A stretch of 64,000 nucleotides of DNA from Candidatus Multivoradales bacterium (GTDB taxonomy: Bacteria; Acidobacteriota; Thermoanaerobaculia; Multivoradales; J023), in assembly GCA_965248925.1 (NCBI GenBank), contig CBDFLE010000006.1:4896001-4960000 (forward strand), read 5' to 3'. Below, one piece after another: positions 49,399-60,084 of the stretch. How positions within the stretch are numbered: position 1 is the first letter of the stretch; every line of letters begins with the position of its first letter. The translations under genes and the position numbers were made by a program. The notes under the pieces were generated by a model, which worked only from the letters and a program-made list of their open reading frames with translations, made no database searches and was not told the DNA's origin.

Positions 49399-49607
49399 GG
49401 GCGGCTCATTGGAGGCAGATGAGACGAATTTCCCATCCCTCAATTCTAACATGCAAGAGATTCGCAGCCGGGGTTCGCGACCTTGTGACAGATTTCACAA
49501 GGGGTCTTGGAAGATCGCTCGAACGATGGCACAATGCCAGCCGCAGAAAGTCATTTGCCGGGCTTGTGCCCGGCTCCATCCCATCCCAGCTCGAGGACCG
49601 ACGCAAG

Positions 49608-50978
49608 ATGGCTGTCCACAAGGTGAAGAAAGGGCTCGATCTGCCGATTGGCGGAGCGCCCGAGCAGCGGATCGAGCATGCCGCCGCGCCGCCGCGGGTG
49701 GCGCTTTTGGCCGCCGACTACATCGGCATGAAACCCACCATGCACGTCCAGGTGGGCGACGAGGTGCGGCGCGGCCAAACGCTGTTTGAAGACAAAAGGA
49801 CTCCGGGTGTGCACTTCACCGCGCCGGCAGCCGGGCGGATCGAGGCCATCCACCGCGGCCAGCGCCGGGCGCTAGTCTCGGTGGTGATCGAGACCAGCGA
49901 CGAGGAGCGGAGCACTGGCGCCGAGACAGTGGCCTTCGCCGCTTACACGGGCAAGCCCCCAGCCGAGCTGACGGCTGAGCAGGTTCGCGATCTGCTGGTT
50001 GAGTCTGGTCTGTGGACCGCGTTGCGCACCCGGCCTTACAGCAACGTGCCGTCGCTGGCCGACAGCCCCCACTCGATTTTCATCACCGCTACCGACAGCC
50101 AGCCGCATGCGCCGGATCTGGGGCTGGTGCTGGCTGCTAAGGGTGAGGACTTTGAACGTGGTCTGGTGGCGCTGTCGCAGCTCACCGCGGGTCAAATTCA
50201 TGTCTGTATCACCCCGGGGCTCAGGCTCAGGTTGCCGACTTCGGAGCGATTGCGGGTGCATCAGTTCACCGGCAAACATCCCAGCGGCACGGTGGGCTAT
50301 CACATCCACACTATCGATCCGGTCGACCGCGCAAAGCAGGTCTGGCACATCGGCTGCCAAGACGTGGTGGCGGTTGGCCGGTTGTTCGCTAGCGGCGAAC
50401 TCGATCCCGCGCGAGTGATCTCGCTAGCCGGCCCTGGGGTCGAGCGACCGCGGCTGCTGGCCACTCGCATTGGCGCCGCTGTCGATACCCTGGTCGAGGG
50501 CGAACTCAAGGCGGGTGAGATGCGGGTGCTGTCGGGCTCGGTGCTGGCGGGGCGCATCGCTAGCGGTGGGGAGAGTGGCTTTCTCGGCCGCTACCATCAG
50601 CAGGTTTCAGTGCTGGCCGAGGGTCGCGAGCGTGAGTTTCTTGGCATGGTGAAACCAGGGGCGAACAAATTCTCCACTATCAACGCCTTCGTCTCACGGC
50701 TGATGCCTGGGCGAACGATGCCGTTTACTACTACGACTCATGGTTCGAGCCGAGCGATCGTGCCGATCGGCATGTATGAGCGGGTGTTTCCACTCGATAT
50801 CCCGGCGACTTTCCTGCTCCGTTCTTTGGCGGTGGGCGATATAGAACGGGCTGAGCGTTTGGGTTGTTTGGAACTCGACGAGGAAGATCTGGCCCTCTGC
50901 ACCTTTGTTTGCTCAGGCAAGAACGAGTACGGGCCATTCTTGCGCGACGTGCTGAACACTATCGAGAAAGAGGGCTGA
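49608..50978 (+). CDS. nqrA: Na+-translocating NADH:quinone reductase subunit A
   Basis: [48 protein letters not shown]. Confidence 0.95.
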   Translation: MAVHKVKKGLDLPIGGAPEQRIEHAAAPPRVALLAADYIGMKPTMHVQVGDEVRRGQTLFEDKRTPGVHFTAPAAGRIEAIHRGQRRALVSVVIETSDEERSTGAETVAFAAYTGKPPAELTAEQVRDLLVESGLWTALRTRPYSNVPSLADSPHSIFITATDSQPHAPDLGLVLAAKGEDFERGLVALSQLTAGQIHVCITPGLRLRLPTSERLRVHQFTGKHPSGTVGYHIHTIDPVDRAKQVWHIGCQDVVAVGRLFASGELDPARVISLAGPGVERPRLLATRIGAAVDTLVEGELKAGEMRVLSGSVLAGRIASGGESGFLGRYHQQVSVLAEGREREFLGMVKPGANKFSTINAFVSRLMPGRTMPFTTTTHGSSRAIVPIGMYERVFPLDIPATFLLRSLAVGDIERAERLGCLELDEEDLALCTFVCSGKNEYGPFLRDVLNTIEKEG

Positions 50979-50982
50979 GGCG

Positions 50983-52203
50983 ATGAAACTGCTACGCAAG
51001 CTACTCGATACTCAGGAGAAGCACTTCAAACCGGGTGGCAAGCTGGAAAAGCTCTACCCACTCTACGAGGCCACCGACACTCTTCTCTTCACGCCTGCGG
51101 ATGTTACCCGCGGGGCCTCGCATGTGCGCGATGCCATCGACCTGAAGCGCATCATGATCACCGTCGTGATGGCGCTGTTGCCAGCGATCGCCATGGCGAT
51201 GTACAACACCGGCTACCAGGCCCATCTGGCGATCCAGGCCGGCGCTGAGCCGCTGGCGCGCTGGCAGACCGCGGTGATGCAGTGGTTGGGGCTCGCCTTC
51301 GATCCGGCCGATGTGCTCGCCTGTTTTGCCCATGGGACGCTCTACTACTTGCCGGTCTTGGTGGTGACTTTCGCCATCGGTGGCAACGCCGAAGTGCTGT
51401 TCTCGATGGTCCGCAAGCACGAGATCAACGAGGGTTTCTTGGTCACCGGCATGCTCTTCCCGCTGGTCTTGCCGCCGACCATTCCGCTGTGGCAGGTGGC
51501 GGTCGGCATTCTCTTCGGCACGATCATCGGTAAGGAGATTTTCGGCGGCACCGGGATGAATATCCTCAATCCGGCGCTGACGGCCCGCGCTTTCCTGTTC
51601 TTTGCCTATCCTGGGCAGATCTCGGGCGACGGGGTGTGGATCGCTGCTCAAACCTCCACCGATGGCTACTCCGGCGCCACTCTGCTGGCGCGGGCGGCGG
51701 AGGGAGGTACGGCCGCGTTTGAGTCTGGGGCGAGCTGGATACAGAGCTTCTTGGGCCTGATACCGGGCTCGATGGGAGAGACTTCGGCATTGGCTTGCTT
51801 GCTGGGCGCGGCGATCCTCTTGATCACTCAGATCGCTTCCTGGCGCATCATGCTGAGCGGGGTGGTGGGCAGCTTCCTGGCCGCTGGCCTGCTGAATTGG
51901 GTCGGCTCGACCACCAATCCGATGATGAACGTGCCCTTCCACTGGCACATCGTGCTCGGGGGCTGGGCCTTCGGCCTGGTGTTCATGGCCACCGACCCGG
52001 TGTCGGCGGCGCACTCGAACAAAGGCAAGCTGATATACGGCTTCTTGATCGGCGTGCTGGCGATCTTCATTCGCGTGCTCAACCCGGCGTTTCCTGAAGG
52101 AATGATGCTCGCCATCCTCTTGATGAACGTCTTTTCGGCCTTGATTGACCACTTCGTCGTCGAGGCCAACATCCGTCGTAGGAGGGCTCGCTATGCGGCA
52201 TAG
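50983..52203 (+). CDS. nqrB: Na+-NQR subunit B
   Basis: [32 protein letters not shown] site, FMATDPVS. Confidence 0.96.
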   Translation: MKLLRKLLDTQEKHFKPGGKLEKLYPLYEATDTLLFTPADVTRGASHVRDAIDLKRIMITVVMALLPAIAMAMYNTGYQAHLAIQAGAEPLARWQTAVMQWLGLAFDPADVLACFAHGTLYYLPVLVVTFAIGGNAEVLFSMVRKHEINEGFLVTGMLFPLVLPPTIPLWQVAVGILFGTIIGKEIFGGTGMNILNPALTARAFLFFAYPGQISGDGVWIAAQTSTDGYSGATLLARAAEGGTAAFESGASWIQSFLGLIPGSMGETSALACLLGAAILLITQIASWRIMLSGVVGSFLAAGLLNWVGSTTNPMMNVPFHWHIVLGGWAFGLVFMATDPVSAAHSNKGKLIYGFLIGVLAIFIRVLNPAFPEGMMLAILLMNVFSALIDHFVVEANIRRRRARYAA

Positions 52204-52969
52204 CGTTGGGTACACGCTGATTTTCGCTGCCATCATTTGCGCCGTCTGCGCGGTGATGGTGTCGGGCTCGGCGGTGGTGCTGAAAGAGCGGCAAGAGATC
52301 AACGCCGCCATTTCGAAGCAGAAGAAGGTGCTTGAGGCGGCTGGCCTCGCGGCGGCGGGCGAGAAGCTCACCCAGGCCGATGTGGAGCGCCTCTTCGAGT
52401 CCATCGAGCCGGTGCTGATTGACCTGGTAAGCGGTGAAGAGGTGGCGAGCGAAGATCCAGGCAGCTTCGACCAACAGAAGGCCAAGAAAGATCCCGCCGC
52501 CAGCCGCAAAGCCCCGGCCAACCGGGCTTCGGTCTTTCGCCTGCCCCACCAAGCTCTGGTCTACAAGGTGTTAGACGACGGCGGCCAAGTGCAGAAGCTG
52601 GTACTACCGATCGAAGGCTACGGCCTGTGGGGCACTCTCTACGGCCTGATCGCGCTGTCTGCCGACACCACCACCGTCGAGGGCCTGACCTACTACGAAC
52701 ACAAAGAAACCCCAGGTTTGGGCGGTGAGGTCGACAACCTTCGCTGGAAGGCCCTGTGGGTTGGCCGGCAGGTCTTCGACTCGCAGTGGCAACCCAAGAT
52801 CCGGGTGATCAAAGGGCGAGCCGGCACACCTGAGGAGACGCCCTACCAAGTTGACGGGCTGTCCGGGGCGACGATCACCAGCCGCGGGGTGACCAACATG
52901 TTGAATCTGTGGCTGGGTGAGAACGGCTTCGGCCCCTACCTCGAAAAAATCCGTGCGGGGAGCGCCTGA
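52193..52969 (+). CDS. nqrC: Na+-NQR subunit C
   Basis: [38 protein letters not shown] site. Confidence 0.96.
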   Translation: MRHSVGYTLIFAAIICAVCAVMVSGSAVVLKERQEINAAISKQKKVLEAAGLAAAGEKLTQADVERLFESIEPVLIDLVSGEEVASEDPGSFDQQKAKKDPAASRKAPANRASVFRLPHQALVYKVLDDGGQVQKLVLPIEGYGLWGTLYGLIALSADTTTVEGLTYYEHKETPGLGGEVDNLRWKALWVGRQVFDSQWQPKIRVIKGRAGTPEETPYQVDGLSGATITSRGVTNMLNLWLGENGFGPYLEKIRAGSA

Positions 52970-52970
52970 G

Positions 52971-53594
52971 ATGGCTGACAACAATCGCGACGTTCTGCTC
53001 GACCCGTTGTTCAACAACAACCCGATCACCCTGCAAGTGCTAGGTATCTGCTCGGCGCTGGCGGTGACCACCAAGCTTGAGACTTCGCTAGTGATGTGTT
53101 TGGCGGTGATGGCCGTGCTGGTGGGCTCCAATCTGGCCATCAGCTTGCTGCGCAATCACATTCCTTCGAGCATTCGGATCATCGTTCAGCTGACCGTCAT
53201 CGCCTCCTTGGTGATCATGGCCGACCAGGTGATGAAGGCTTATGTTTACGAGATCTCCAAGCAGCTCTCGGTCTTCGTTGGCCTGATCATCACCAACTGC
53301 ATCATCATGGGGCGCGCCGAGGCCTTTGCGATGCAGAACCCGCCCAAGGCGGCGATCATCGATGGCATTGGCAATGCGCTGGGTTACAGCGTGGTGCTCC
53401 TCGGCGTCGCCTTTCTGCGCGAGCTGCTGGGCTCGGGCAAGCTGTTCGGTTACCCGGTCCTGCAGCTACAGACCGAAGGTGGCTGGTACAACCCCAATGG
53501 CTTGATGGTGCTGTCGCCCGGTGCGTTCTTCATCATCGGCTTGTTCATCTGGGCGATCCGAACTTGGAAGCCCGATCAGGTGGAGGCGGACTGA
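52971..53594 (+). CDS. nqrD: Na+-NQR subunit D
   Basis: [40 protein letters not shown]. Confidence 0.96.
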   Translation: MADNNRDVLLDPLFNNNPITLQVLGICSALAVTTKLETSLVMCLAVMAVLVGSNLAISLLRNHIPSSIRIIVQLTVIASLVIMADQVMKAYVYEISKQLSVFVGLIITNCIIMGRAEAFAMQNPPKAAIIDGIGNALGYSVVLLGVAFLRELLGSGKLFGYPVLQLQTEGGWYNPNGLMVLSPGAFFIIGLFIWAIRTWKPDQVEAD

Positions 53595-53595
53595 G

Positions 53596-54210
53596 ATGGA
53601 GGAATATCTCAATCTAGCCATCAAGGCTATCTTCGTCGAGAACATGGCACTGGCCTTCTTTCTCGGCATGTGCTCATTCTTGGCCTGCTCAAAGAAGGTC
53701 GAGACCGCGATCGGCCTGGGCGCGGCGGTGGTCTTCGTGCTCACCGTCACCGTGCCGATGAACAACCTGGTCTACAACTACCTGCTGCGCGAAGGCGCGC
53801 TGGCTTGGTTGAGTCCCTCGTTGGCGCATTACGACTTGTCCTTTCTCGGCTTTCTGAGCTACATCGGCACCATCGCAGCGATCGTTCAGATCGTCGAGAT
53901 GACCCTCGATCGCTACGCTCCCAAGCTTTATGCCGCGCTCGGTGTCTTCTTGCCGCTGATCGCGGTGAACTGCGCCATCCTCGGCGCCTCGTTGTGGATG
54001 GTGGAACGCGAGTACGACCTCGCCCAAAGCGCGGTCTTCGGTTTTGGTTCGGGAGTGGGTTGGGCCTTGGCGATCGTTGCCCTAGCAGCGATTCGCGAGC
54101 GCATGCGCTACAGCAACGTGCCCCTTGGTCTGCGTGGCCTGGGTATCACCTTCATCCTCACCGGATTGATGGCCATCGGTTTCATGGCCTTCAGCGGTAT
54201 TCAGCTCTGA
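53596..54210 (+). CDS. nqrE: Na+-NQR subunit E
   Basis: [45 protein letters not shown]. Confidence 0.96.
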   Translation: MEEYLNLAIKAIFVENMALAFFLGMCSFLACSKKVETAIGLGAAVVFVLTVTVPMNNLVYNYLLREGALAWLSPSLAHYDLSFLGFLSYIGTIAAIVQIVEMTLDRYAPKLYAALGVFLPLIAVNCAILGASLWMVEREYDLAQSAVFGFGSGVGWALAIVALAAIRERMRYSNVPLGLRGLGITFILTGLMAIGFMAFSGIQL

Positions 54211-54220
54211 GGTCGGCGTC

Positions 54221-55450
54221 ATGATGAGCACGATTTTGCTCGGCGTGGTGATGTTCACCGTCATCATCCTGTCGCTAGTCGCCCTCTTGATGGTCGCCAA
54301 GCGGCAGCTGGTGCCCTCAGGCGAAGTGACCATCGCCATCAACGGCAACCCTGAGTTGGCGCTTAGGGTGGCGTCGGGCGGCAACCTGCTGAACACCCTG
54401 GCAGACAACCGCATCTTCATTCCCTCGGCCTGTGGCGGCAAGGGCAGCTGCGGAGTGTGCAAGGTCGACGTGGTCGATGGCGGCGGCGCCATGCTGCCCA
54501 CCGAGCTCAGTCACATCAGCCGCGGCGAGGCGCGTGAGGGTTGCCGGCTGTCGTGCCAGGTCAAAGTCAAAGGCGATATGGCCTTGCAGATGCCGGCCGA
54601 CATCTTCGATGTTCAGCAGTGGACCTGCAAGGTGCGCTCGAACCACAACGTCGCCACCTTCATCAAAGAGCTGGTCTTGGAACTGCCCGAAGGGGAGTCG
54701 GTGCCCTTCCGCGCCGGCGGCTACATTCAAATCCAAAGCCCGCCTCACGTCGCCAACTACAAAGATTTCGACATCGAAGAGGAGTATCGCGGCGACTGGG
54801 ACAAGTTCAACATGTGGCGCTACGTCTCGACCGTCGACGAGACTGTCGAGCGCGCCTACTCGATGGCCAACTACCCGGAAGAGAGGGGCATTATCATGCT
54901 CAACGTGCGGGTAGCCTCGCCGCCGCCCCGCGGTCCCGAGGGCATTCCACCGGGCAAGATGTCCTCCTTCATCTTCAACCTCAAGCCTGGCGACGAGGTA
55001 GTGATCTCTGGCCCCTTCGGCGAGTTCTTCGCCAAAGAGACCGACAACGAGATGCTATTCATCGGTGGTGGCGCCGGCATGGCGCCGATGCGCTCGCACA
55101 TTTTCGACCAGTTCCGCCGCTTGAGCAGCAGCCGTAGAGTGTCCTATTGGTACGGTGCCCGCAGCTATCGCGAGGCCTTCTACAACGAAGACTTCGACAG
55201 CATCGCCGCCGAGTACGACAACTTCGAGTGGCACCTGGCCCTGTCCGAGCCTCAGCCGGAGGACAACTGGCAAGGGTACACCGGCTTCATTCATCAGGTG
55301 GTGCTCGACAACTACCTCAAAGACCATCCGGCACCGGAAGACGTCGAGTACTACCTCTGCGGCCCGCCGATGATGCTGCAAGCCTGCATGAAGATGCTCG
55401 ACGACCTCGGAGTCGAGCAAGAAAACATCCTCTTCGACGACTTTGGCTGA
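54221..55450 (+). CDS. nqrF: Na+-NQR subunit F
   Basis: [12 protein letters not shown] 2Fe-2[34 protein letters not shown]. Confidence 0.97.
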   Translation: MMSTILLGVVMFTVIILSLVALLMVAKRQLVPSGEVTIAINGNPELALRVASGGNLLNTLADNRIFIPSACGGKGSCGVCKVDVVDGGGAMLPTELSHISRGEAREGCRLSCQVKVKGDMALQMPADIFDVQQWTCKVRSNHNVATFIKELVLELPEGESVPFRAGGYIQIQSPPHVANYKDFDIEEEYRGDWDKFNMWRYVSTVDETVERAYSMANYPEERGIIMLNVRVASPPPRGPEGIPPGKMSSFIFNLKPGDEVVISGPFGEFFAKETDNEMLFIGGGAGMAPMRSHIFDQFRRLSSSRRVSYWYGARSYREAFYNEDFDSIAAEYDNFEWHLALSEPQPEDNWQGYTGFIHQVVLDNYLKDHPAPEDVEYYLCGPPMMLQACMKMLDDLGVEQENILFDDFG

Positions 55451-55481
55451 GGTGGGAAGCTGCCCAGTGCGAGAGATCTAC

Positions 55482-55512
55482 AGCCGGCGGTCCTCCGCCG
55501 GCTTTGGTGTTT
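55482..55512 (+). terminator. Probable intrinsic terminator after nqrF
   Basis: AGCCGGCGG-TCCT-CCGCCGGCT followed by TTGGTGTTT. Confidence 0.6.
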
Positions 55513-55583
55513 CTTGGAGAGCTAGCTCTACCTCCCCGGTCTCTCGATGTGCCGGTGCCTCACGGTGCTTGTCCGAGGCGGTC

Positions 55584-55838
55584 CCTAATGGTTGCCAATA
55601 CTCGACTTAACTCTCATCGCAGGTCCTGCAATACGACGGATGGTGTGGCGATAGCCGTCCGTTCCGCGGTTATTCGACGACCGCTATCGACATTGACACC
55701 CCTACCTACCAGAGAGTAGCCTGCAAGTCATTGCCTACGGCAAAGATACGCTACCGGGACCGGTACGATGACTGCATCTAGACACAGTAGACATTGTCGC
55801 CGAAGACCTTCGCCGGTTGCCGAATTATGAGTTTGGGT
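55584..55838 (+). repeat. Non-coding module copy 1 (promoter + attI-like end)
   Basis: Diverged direct repeat of 56778-57036. TTGACA(55693)-18-TAGCCT. Ends CGAATTATGAG|TTTGGGT at the start of the first cassette. Confidence 0.8.
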
Positions 55839-55904
55839 GGACAGAAGATCGCTGTGCGGCAGAATAGAGCTTGGAGACGATGGAGTTCGGACTAGGATGA
55901 GGCG

Positions 55905-56363
55905 ATGAAGATCCGGATCTACACGGACACGTCGGTCCTTGGCGGCTGCGAGGACGAGGAATTTGCCGAGCACTCCATCCGGCTCATGGAGGGCTTCGTC
56001 AGAGGCGAACTTGTCCTGGTTCTGTCCGGCCTCACGGTGCAGGAACTGGCCGGGGCACCGGTCGAGGTTCGTCGGCGAATCGCTGCTGTGCCGGAGGCGC
56101 ACATAGAGACGCTTCAGCTTGATGCCGAGTCCAGGGAACTCGCAGAAGCCTACATAGCCGCCGCCGTCCTCACGGCCAAGATGCGGGCCGACGCCCAGCA
56201 CATTGCCTTGGCGACGGTTGGCCGCGCTGACGTCTTGGTGAGCTGGAACTTCAAGCACATCGTCAACCTGCAGCGGATCCACGGGTACAACTCCGTGAAC
56301 CTGCGCAAGGGCTACCCAATGATCGAGATCCGGACGCCGCGAGAGGTGTTGTCAGATGAGTAA
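55905..56363 (+). CDS. PIN-domain protein (toxin-first TA cassette)
   Basis: IYTDTSVLGG..D.EF, DAQHIALAT..DVLVSWNFKHIVN, IEIRTPREV. Confidence 0.9.
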   Translation: MKIRIYTDTSVLGGCEDEEFAEHSIRLMEGFVRGELVLVLSGLTVQELAGAPVEVRRRIAAVPEAHIETLQLDAESRELAEAYIAAAVLTAKMRADAQHIALATVGRADVLVSWNFKHIVNLQRIHGYNSVNLRKGYPMIEIRTPREVLSDE

Positions 56364-56565
56364 GACCGAGAAGGAATTCGACGCGGTCGCGATGATGCGA
56401 TCGGCCCGGGACAATATCTCCGCAGAGATCGAAGGTATGACACTGGAGGAAGAGTTGAAGTGGCTCGCCTCGCAAGAAATGAATGATCCGTTCCTGGAGC
56501 GGCTCCGTGATCGCGATGCCCAACAAGCCGATGCAGCCGGACGGCCGCTCCGCGGCCGCCGCTGA
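56356..56565 (+). CDS. Small putative antitoxin downstream of PIN gene
   Basis: KEFDAVAMMRSARD.IS.EI.GMTLEE. 8-nt overlap with the PIN gene. The stop lies inside attC. Confidence 0.7.
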   Translation: MSKTEKEFDAVAMMRSARDNISAEIEGMTLEEELKWLASQEMNDPFLERLRDRDAQQADAAGRPLRGRR

Positions 56566-56582
56566 TCGGCAAGGCGTTCGGC
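56518..56582 (+). other. Integron attC site 1
   Basis: GCCCAAC-AA-GCCGATGCAGC...GCTGATCGGC-AAGGC-GTTCGGC: RYYYAAC/GTT boxes and imperfect dyad with an extrahelical base. Confidence 0.85.
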
Positions 56583-56777
56583 GGTAGACACATGATTCCC
56601 TATGTGTTGGCGCTACCGTACTTTGTGTGGGTAGCACTCACCGCCAGACACTTTCAGGGTAGAGATCAAGACCTCCATGATGGAAGAAGAGCTGGTCGGA
56701 GCTTTATCCGGCATGTCGCACCATCATGAAGCGTTCATGCGGCCTTGATAATCGCAACCAAAGGCTCCGAATTCACC

Positions 56778-57036
56778 CCTGACTACTGCCAGGCATGGGC
56801 TTAGATTTCTTTGCAGAGTAGCAACACGACGGATAGAGTCGCGATAACCGTCAGCTCCGCGGTTGTGCGACGACCGCTGTTGACATTGACACGCATATCT
56901 ACCAGAGAGTAGCCTGCAAGTCGTTGCCAAAGGCGAAGATAGGCTACCGGGGCCTGGACGATGACGGCCGGCGTCCAGACGACAGTAGACATTGTCGCCG
57001 AATACCTCCGCCTGTTGTCGAATTATGAGGTTGTCC
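56778..57036 (+). repeat. Non-coding module copy 2 (promoter + attI-like end)
   Basis: Shares CGACGACCGCT, GACATTGACAC, CTACCAGAGAGTAGCCTGCAAGTC, ACAGTAGACATTGTCGCCGAA and CGAATTATGAG with copy 1. Ends G|TTGTCC before the TIR gene. Confidence 0.8.
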
Positions 57037-57058
57037 GTTCCATGGCGGGTGCAGAAAT

Positions 57059-57832
57059 ATGATCAGGTTGTTCATCAGTCACAGCGCCGCTGATGCCGAA
57101 TTGGCGGGGGCGGTCGCCGACTTATTCCGATTCGCGCTTCGAATGCCAGCGGACGAGATCCGCTGTACTAGCGTCGATGGCTATCGGCTACCAGGTGGAG
57201 CAAACACGGATGAGCAACTTCGGCAGGAGGTAATGCTGGCGCCCGCATTTGTGGGCGTCGTTTCCCACACGAGCTTCGAGTTGGCCTACGTCCTGTTTGA
57301 GCTTGGAGCTCGATGGGGTCGGAACGAGTACCTCGTGCCGCTTCTCGCTCCAGGAGTGCCCGCGTCGATTCTCAAGGGACCGATTTCCGGACTGAACGCC
57401 CTCAGTTGCGACTGTGCTTCCCAACTACATCAGCTCGTGGCTGAAGTTGGCGAGCGGCTTGACCTATCGCCTGAGCCAGCTGCCGTCTACCAGGGTGCCG
57501 TCGATCTCATCGCTCAGCACCAGTCCACAGCACGGCCCCCCTCATCCAATCGGGCTGACACAAGAGGCTCCGAGTTTCCGGAGGCCGAGTCGATCATCAA
57601 AGCGAGGTGCGCCGCCGAATGGAGCGACGATTTTGAAATGAGGCTCGACTGCGAAGAGTCTCAGCGGAAGGCGCTAGGCAAACTGAAGCGTCGTGATCAC
57701 CAAGAAGTTCCTGATGAAATTTTCGAACGAATTCGAGCCTATGCCACGCGGGAGTGGCCGGACGATTTTGAGATGCGAGTCGACACTGTAGAAAGCCAGC
57801 TTGCCGCGTATCGCAAGCTCTATTCGCGATGA
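57059..57832 (+). CDS. TIR-domain cassette protein with a duplicated C-terminal helical motif
   Basis: RLFISHS..D..IRCTSVDGY.LPGG..YVLFELGA.W (catalytic Glu). C-terminal repeats EWSDDFEMR / EWPDDFEMR. Confidence 0.85.
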   Translation: MIRLFISHSAADAELAGAVADLFRFALRMPADEIRCTSVDGYRLPGGANTDEQLRQEVMLAPAFVGVVSHTSFELAYVLFELGARWGRNEYLVPLLAPGVPASILKGPISGLNALSCDCASQLHQLVAEVGERLDLSPEPAAVYQGAVDLIAQHQSTARPPSSNRADTRGSEFPEAESIIKARCAAEWSDDFEMRLDCEESQRKALGKLKRRDHQEVPDEIFERIRAYATREWPDDFEMRVDTVESQLAAYRKLYSR

Positions 57833-57836
57833 TGAC

Positions 57837-57901
57837 GGCTAACAAGGCGATGCAAACCGATGGCCACTTCGCGTCGGTCGCTGATCGCCGAGGCGTCAGA
57901 C
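57837..57901 (+). other. Integron attC site 2
   Basis: GGCTAAC-AA-GGCGATGCA...GCTGATCGCC-GAGGC-GTCAGAC. Same length and family as attC1. Confidence 0.8.
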
Positions 57902-57917
57902 GGCATTAGGCCAAGAG

Positions 57918-59024
57918 ATGTCAATGGCCTCTGAAGTCGTGGAGAACGGAAGACTCGACCTTGAGAGAAGAAAACTCGACTTTGAGCGCGAGAAATGGGA
58001 GGCGAAGGTCGCTCACCAACAGCGCTTGGCCGCGCGAGAAGACGCTGAGCATCAACTAAGGGCGGCAGACTTTGATCTTAGGCGCGAAGAGCACAGGCGA
58101 GCAGGTTGGCGCAATCCTCTCGTAGTAGCGATTCTTGCTGCGACGATTGCGGCAGTCGGAAATGGCGTTGTAACAGTCGTTAACGGTTCGCTACAGCGTG
58201 CTATCGAGAGTCAAAGGTCGGATTCAGTGCGCATTCTCGAGATGATTAGGACTGCCGGCGACTCCGATAAAGCAGCGGAAAATCTGAAGTTCCTCCTGGA
58301 AGCTGGATTGGTAGACAATCCTTCTCGTATCGAGAAGCTGAAAGCTTTCCTGGAAAAGCGGGAGCCGGGTACCGGGCCGTCGTTGTTGGGTGGCCGTGTA
58401 GTACCCGGAATTGTTGGACCGGACGATGCCGTTTCAACGGACGCACTACAAGCAGGCCATCCTCTCCGGCGAATCGCAAATGCCGTGGGACTTCTGTTGT
58501 CTGTCCGGAAGGACGGTTTCTCCTCTGCATGCACTTCATTCTTGATCGGTGATGGTCTGCTACTCACTGCGTTTCATTGCGTGGAGGACGTTTCCTCGCT
58601 GACTGTGGAACTGTCCGATGACGCGGGAACCGAGAGATACCCGATCCCCCCACAGCCAGTCGCAGCGGACCGAGATTTGGACTTCGCAGTATTTCGGGTT
58701 CCGGAAGAGGCTGCCTCCAGGTTCGGGGCAATTCGTCTGGGTGATTCAGTTCCGCATCTCGGGCAACAGATAGCCGCTGTCTACTATCGCGGTGGCGGAC
58801 GCCGATTGGCAGTGCTATCCGATGATTGTCGAATCGTGAAAGTGGAGGCTAGGAAAATACACCATCTCTGCGATACTGGGGCTGGAAGCGCAGGTGCACT
58901 GATCGTTAGCAGCGACGGTACTTTAACTATAGGGTTGCACCACAGACGGGGTCCACTTGGTGGAGTCGCGACTCGTATCGATACGATTAAGCAAGCCATT
59001 TCCAGAATCACTCCTGGCTACTGA
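57918..59024 (+). CDS. Coiled-coil/TM + trypsin-like peptidase cassette protein (catalytic Ser apparently Ala)
   Basis: CTSFLI..LLTAFHCV (His), LDFAVF (Asp), HLCDTGAGSAGA where GSSG is expected. Confidence 0.8.
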   Translation: MSMASEVVENGRLDLERRKLDFEREKWEAKVAHQQRLAAREDAEHQLRAADFDLRREEHRRAGWRNPLVVAILAATIAAVGNGVVTVVNGSLQRAIESQRSDSVRILEMIRTAGDSDKAAENLKFLLEAGLVDNPSRIEKLKAFLEKREPGTGPSLLGGRVVPGIVGPDDAVSTDALQAGHPLRRIANAVGLLLSVRKDGFSSACTSFLIGDGLLLTAFHCVEDVSSLTVELSDDAGTERYPIPPQPVAADRDLDFAVFRVPEEAASRFGAIRLGDSVPHLGQQIAAVYYRGGGRRLAVLSDDCRIVKVEARKIHHLCDTGAGSAGALIVSSDGTLTIGLHHRRGPLGGVATRIDTIKQAISRITPGY

Positions 59025-59048
59025 CGTGAACCACATACTTACCTCGCC

Positions 59049-59144
59049 GTCAAACAGAGCGGTCAACCCGATGCCCAAACCGCTACGCGATTCGGATTCC
59101 CTCCGCGCTACGAACTCCGGCGCGGGTTACCGCGAAACTTACCA
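59049..59144 (+). other. Degenerate attC site 3
   Basis: GTCAAAC-AGA-GCGGTCAACCCG ... CGGGTTACCGC-GAAACTTAC. Cassette start GTCAGACGGC is near-complementary to end GCCGTCAAAC. Confidence 0.65.
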
Positions 59145-59176
59145 AGCATCCTGGCCATCGAGTGGCTACGCTGAGC

Positions 59177-59600
59177 GTAAGACCTCGCCTTGCCCCGTCT
59201 TGACAAGGGCCTCGGATTCGAGCAGCGAAAATCAGTTTGATCGCGGTGAATCGCCTGAGCTGGCCGGCAGGGTGACGGCGCCGGGATTCTCGAGAGCAGC
59301 CCGCGTTGCTTTGAGGAGGTAGGCGTAGGGCTCATCGCTGGCGAGCTTGGCGCGATCGGTCAGACTGTAGGGAAGCGCCGCGACCTCGGTTCCTCGCTTG
59401 GAGCGCGATCCGTAGTGGTTCTTGCGTCCGATGAAGACGCCTCGCAGTTCCCTCTCGGCAATGCTGAAATCGAAAGGGATGAGAGGGTTCTCAAGAAAAT
59501 ACGTTGGCCCCTTCCGGAGGCCGAGTAGGAAGATGGCCCCATTCTCCAAAATCGCTGCGCGGTAGACCTTCGGCTCGGTCCTCCATGGCCAAAGCCTCCA
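59177..59600 (-). mobile_element. IS66-family transposase remnant with terminal repeat
   Basis: Minus-strand FLENPLIPFD..AERELRGV.IGRKNHYGSRSKRGTEVAAL.YSL..AKL (TnpC C-term). GTAA-type end GTAAGACCTCGCC at 59177. Confidence 0.85.
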
Positions 59601-59949
59601 GCATCTTGAGAATGGGCCCGGATTGCTCGGGGCACAGTTGCAGGCGCAAGCCCAGAATGTCCTGCGGCTTTGGAATCTGGACAGCCGGTAACGATAAGTC
59701 CGCCGCTGGCGCTTGACTAAGATGAAGATTCTCCGGACTACGGCGAGATCCTGGTGTCGGCGATAGTTGCGCGACCGCGTTCGCTTCTGCGCTACTAAAC
59801 TCCTCGTGGTGCCCGGAGCCAATCCGTCGCTTGTGGACCACCTCGTGCCGGCGGTGGTGGGCGATGAGATTTCGGTCTTCCCGGCGGAAGCTCTAGTCCT
59901 TCACAATCTGCAAGACAACCGGCCGCAGGATCGGGCGAATGTCGTGGCC

Positions 59950-60084
59950 CTCCTCGACGCCGGGGCCGAGCCGGTCTTGACGGCGGCGGTCGGGGTGTTG
60001 GTTCTGGCCAGCTTGCTGGCCGCCCTGTGGCCTGCTTTTCGCGCGACTCGGGTGAGCCCGCAGACTTGTTTGCGCGCGGATTGA
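59950..60084 (+). pseudogene. C-terminal fragment of an FtsX-type ABC permease
   Basis: VLVLASLLAALWPAFRATRVSPQTCLRAD* is the typical PARRA..VDP..ALR.E terminus. The upstream part is missing. Confidence 0.7.

Noticed and set aside
49523-49537. TGGCAC-N5-CAGC upstream of nqrA as a sigma54 promoter
   Set aside because: The -12 element deviates from TTGC, so support is insufficient.
51001-52521. 506-aa minus-strand ORF (and similar long antisense ORFs at 6209-7288, 60243-61526, 38344-39360, 530-1243)
   Set aside because: Shadow ORFs opposite well-supported genes in GC-rich DNA, with no motifs.
56583-56777. 45-codon ORF after attC1 as an intact cassette
   Set aside because: There is no closing attC before the second repeat module, so at most it is a truncated cassette with no assignable function.
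55584-57036. Repeats as coding remnants of an integron integrase
   Set aside because: Translations on either strand show no tyrosine-recombinase motifs. Conservation is in DNA blocks with indels.
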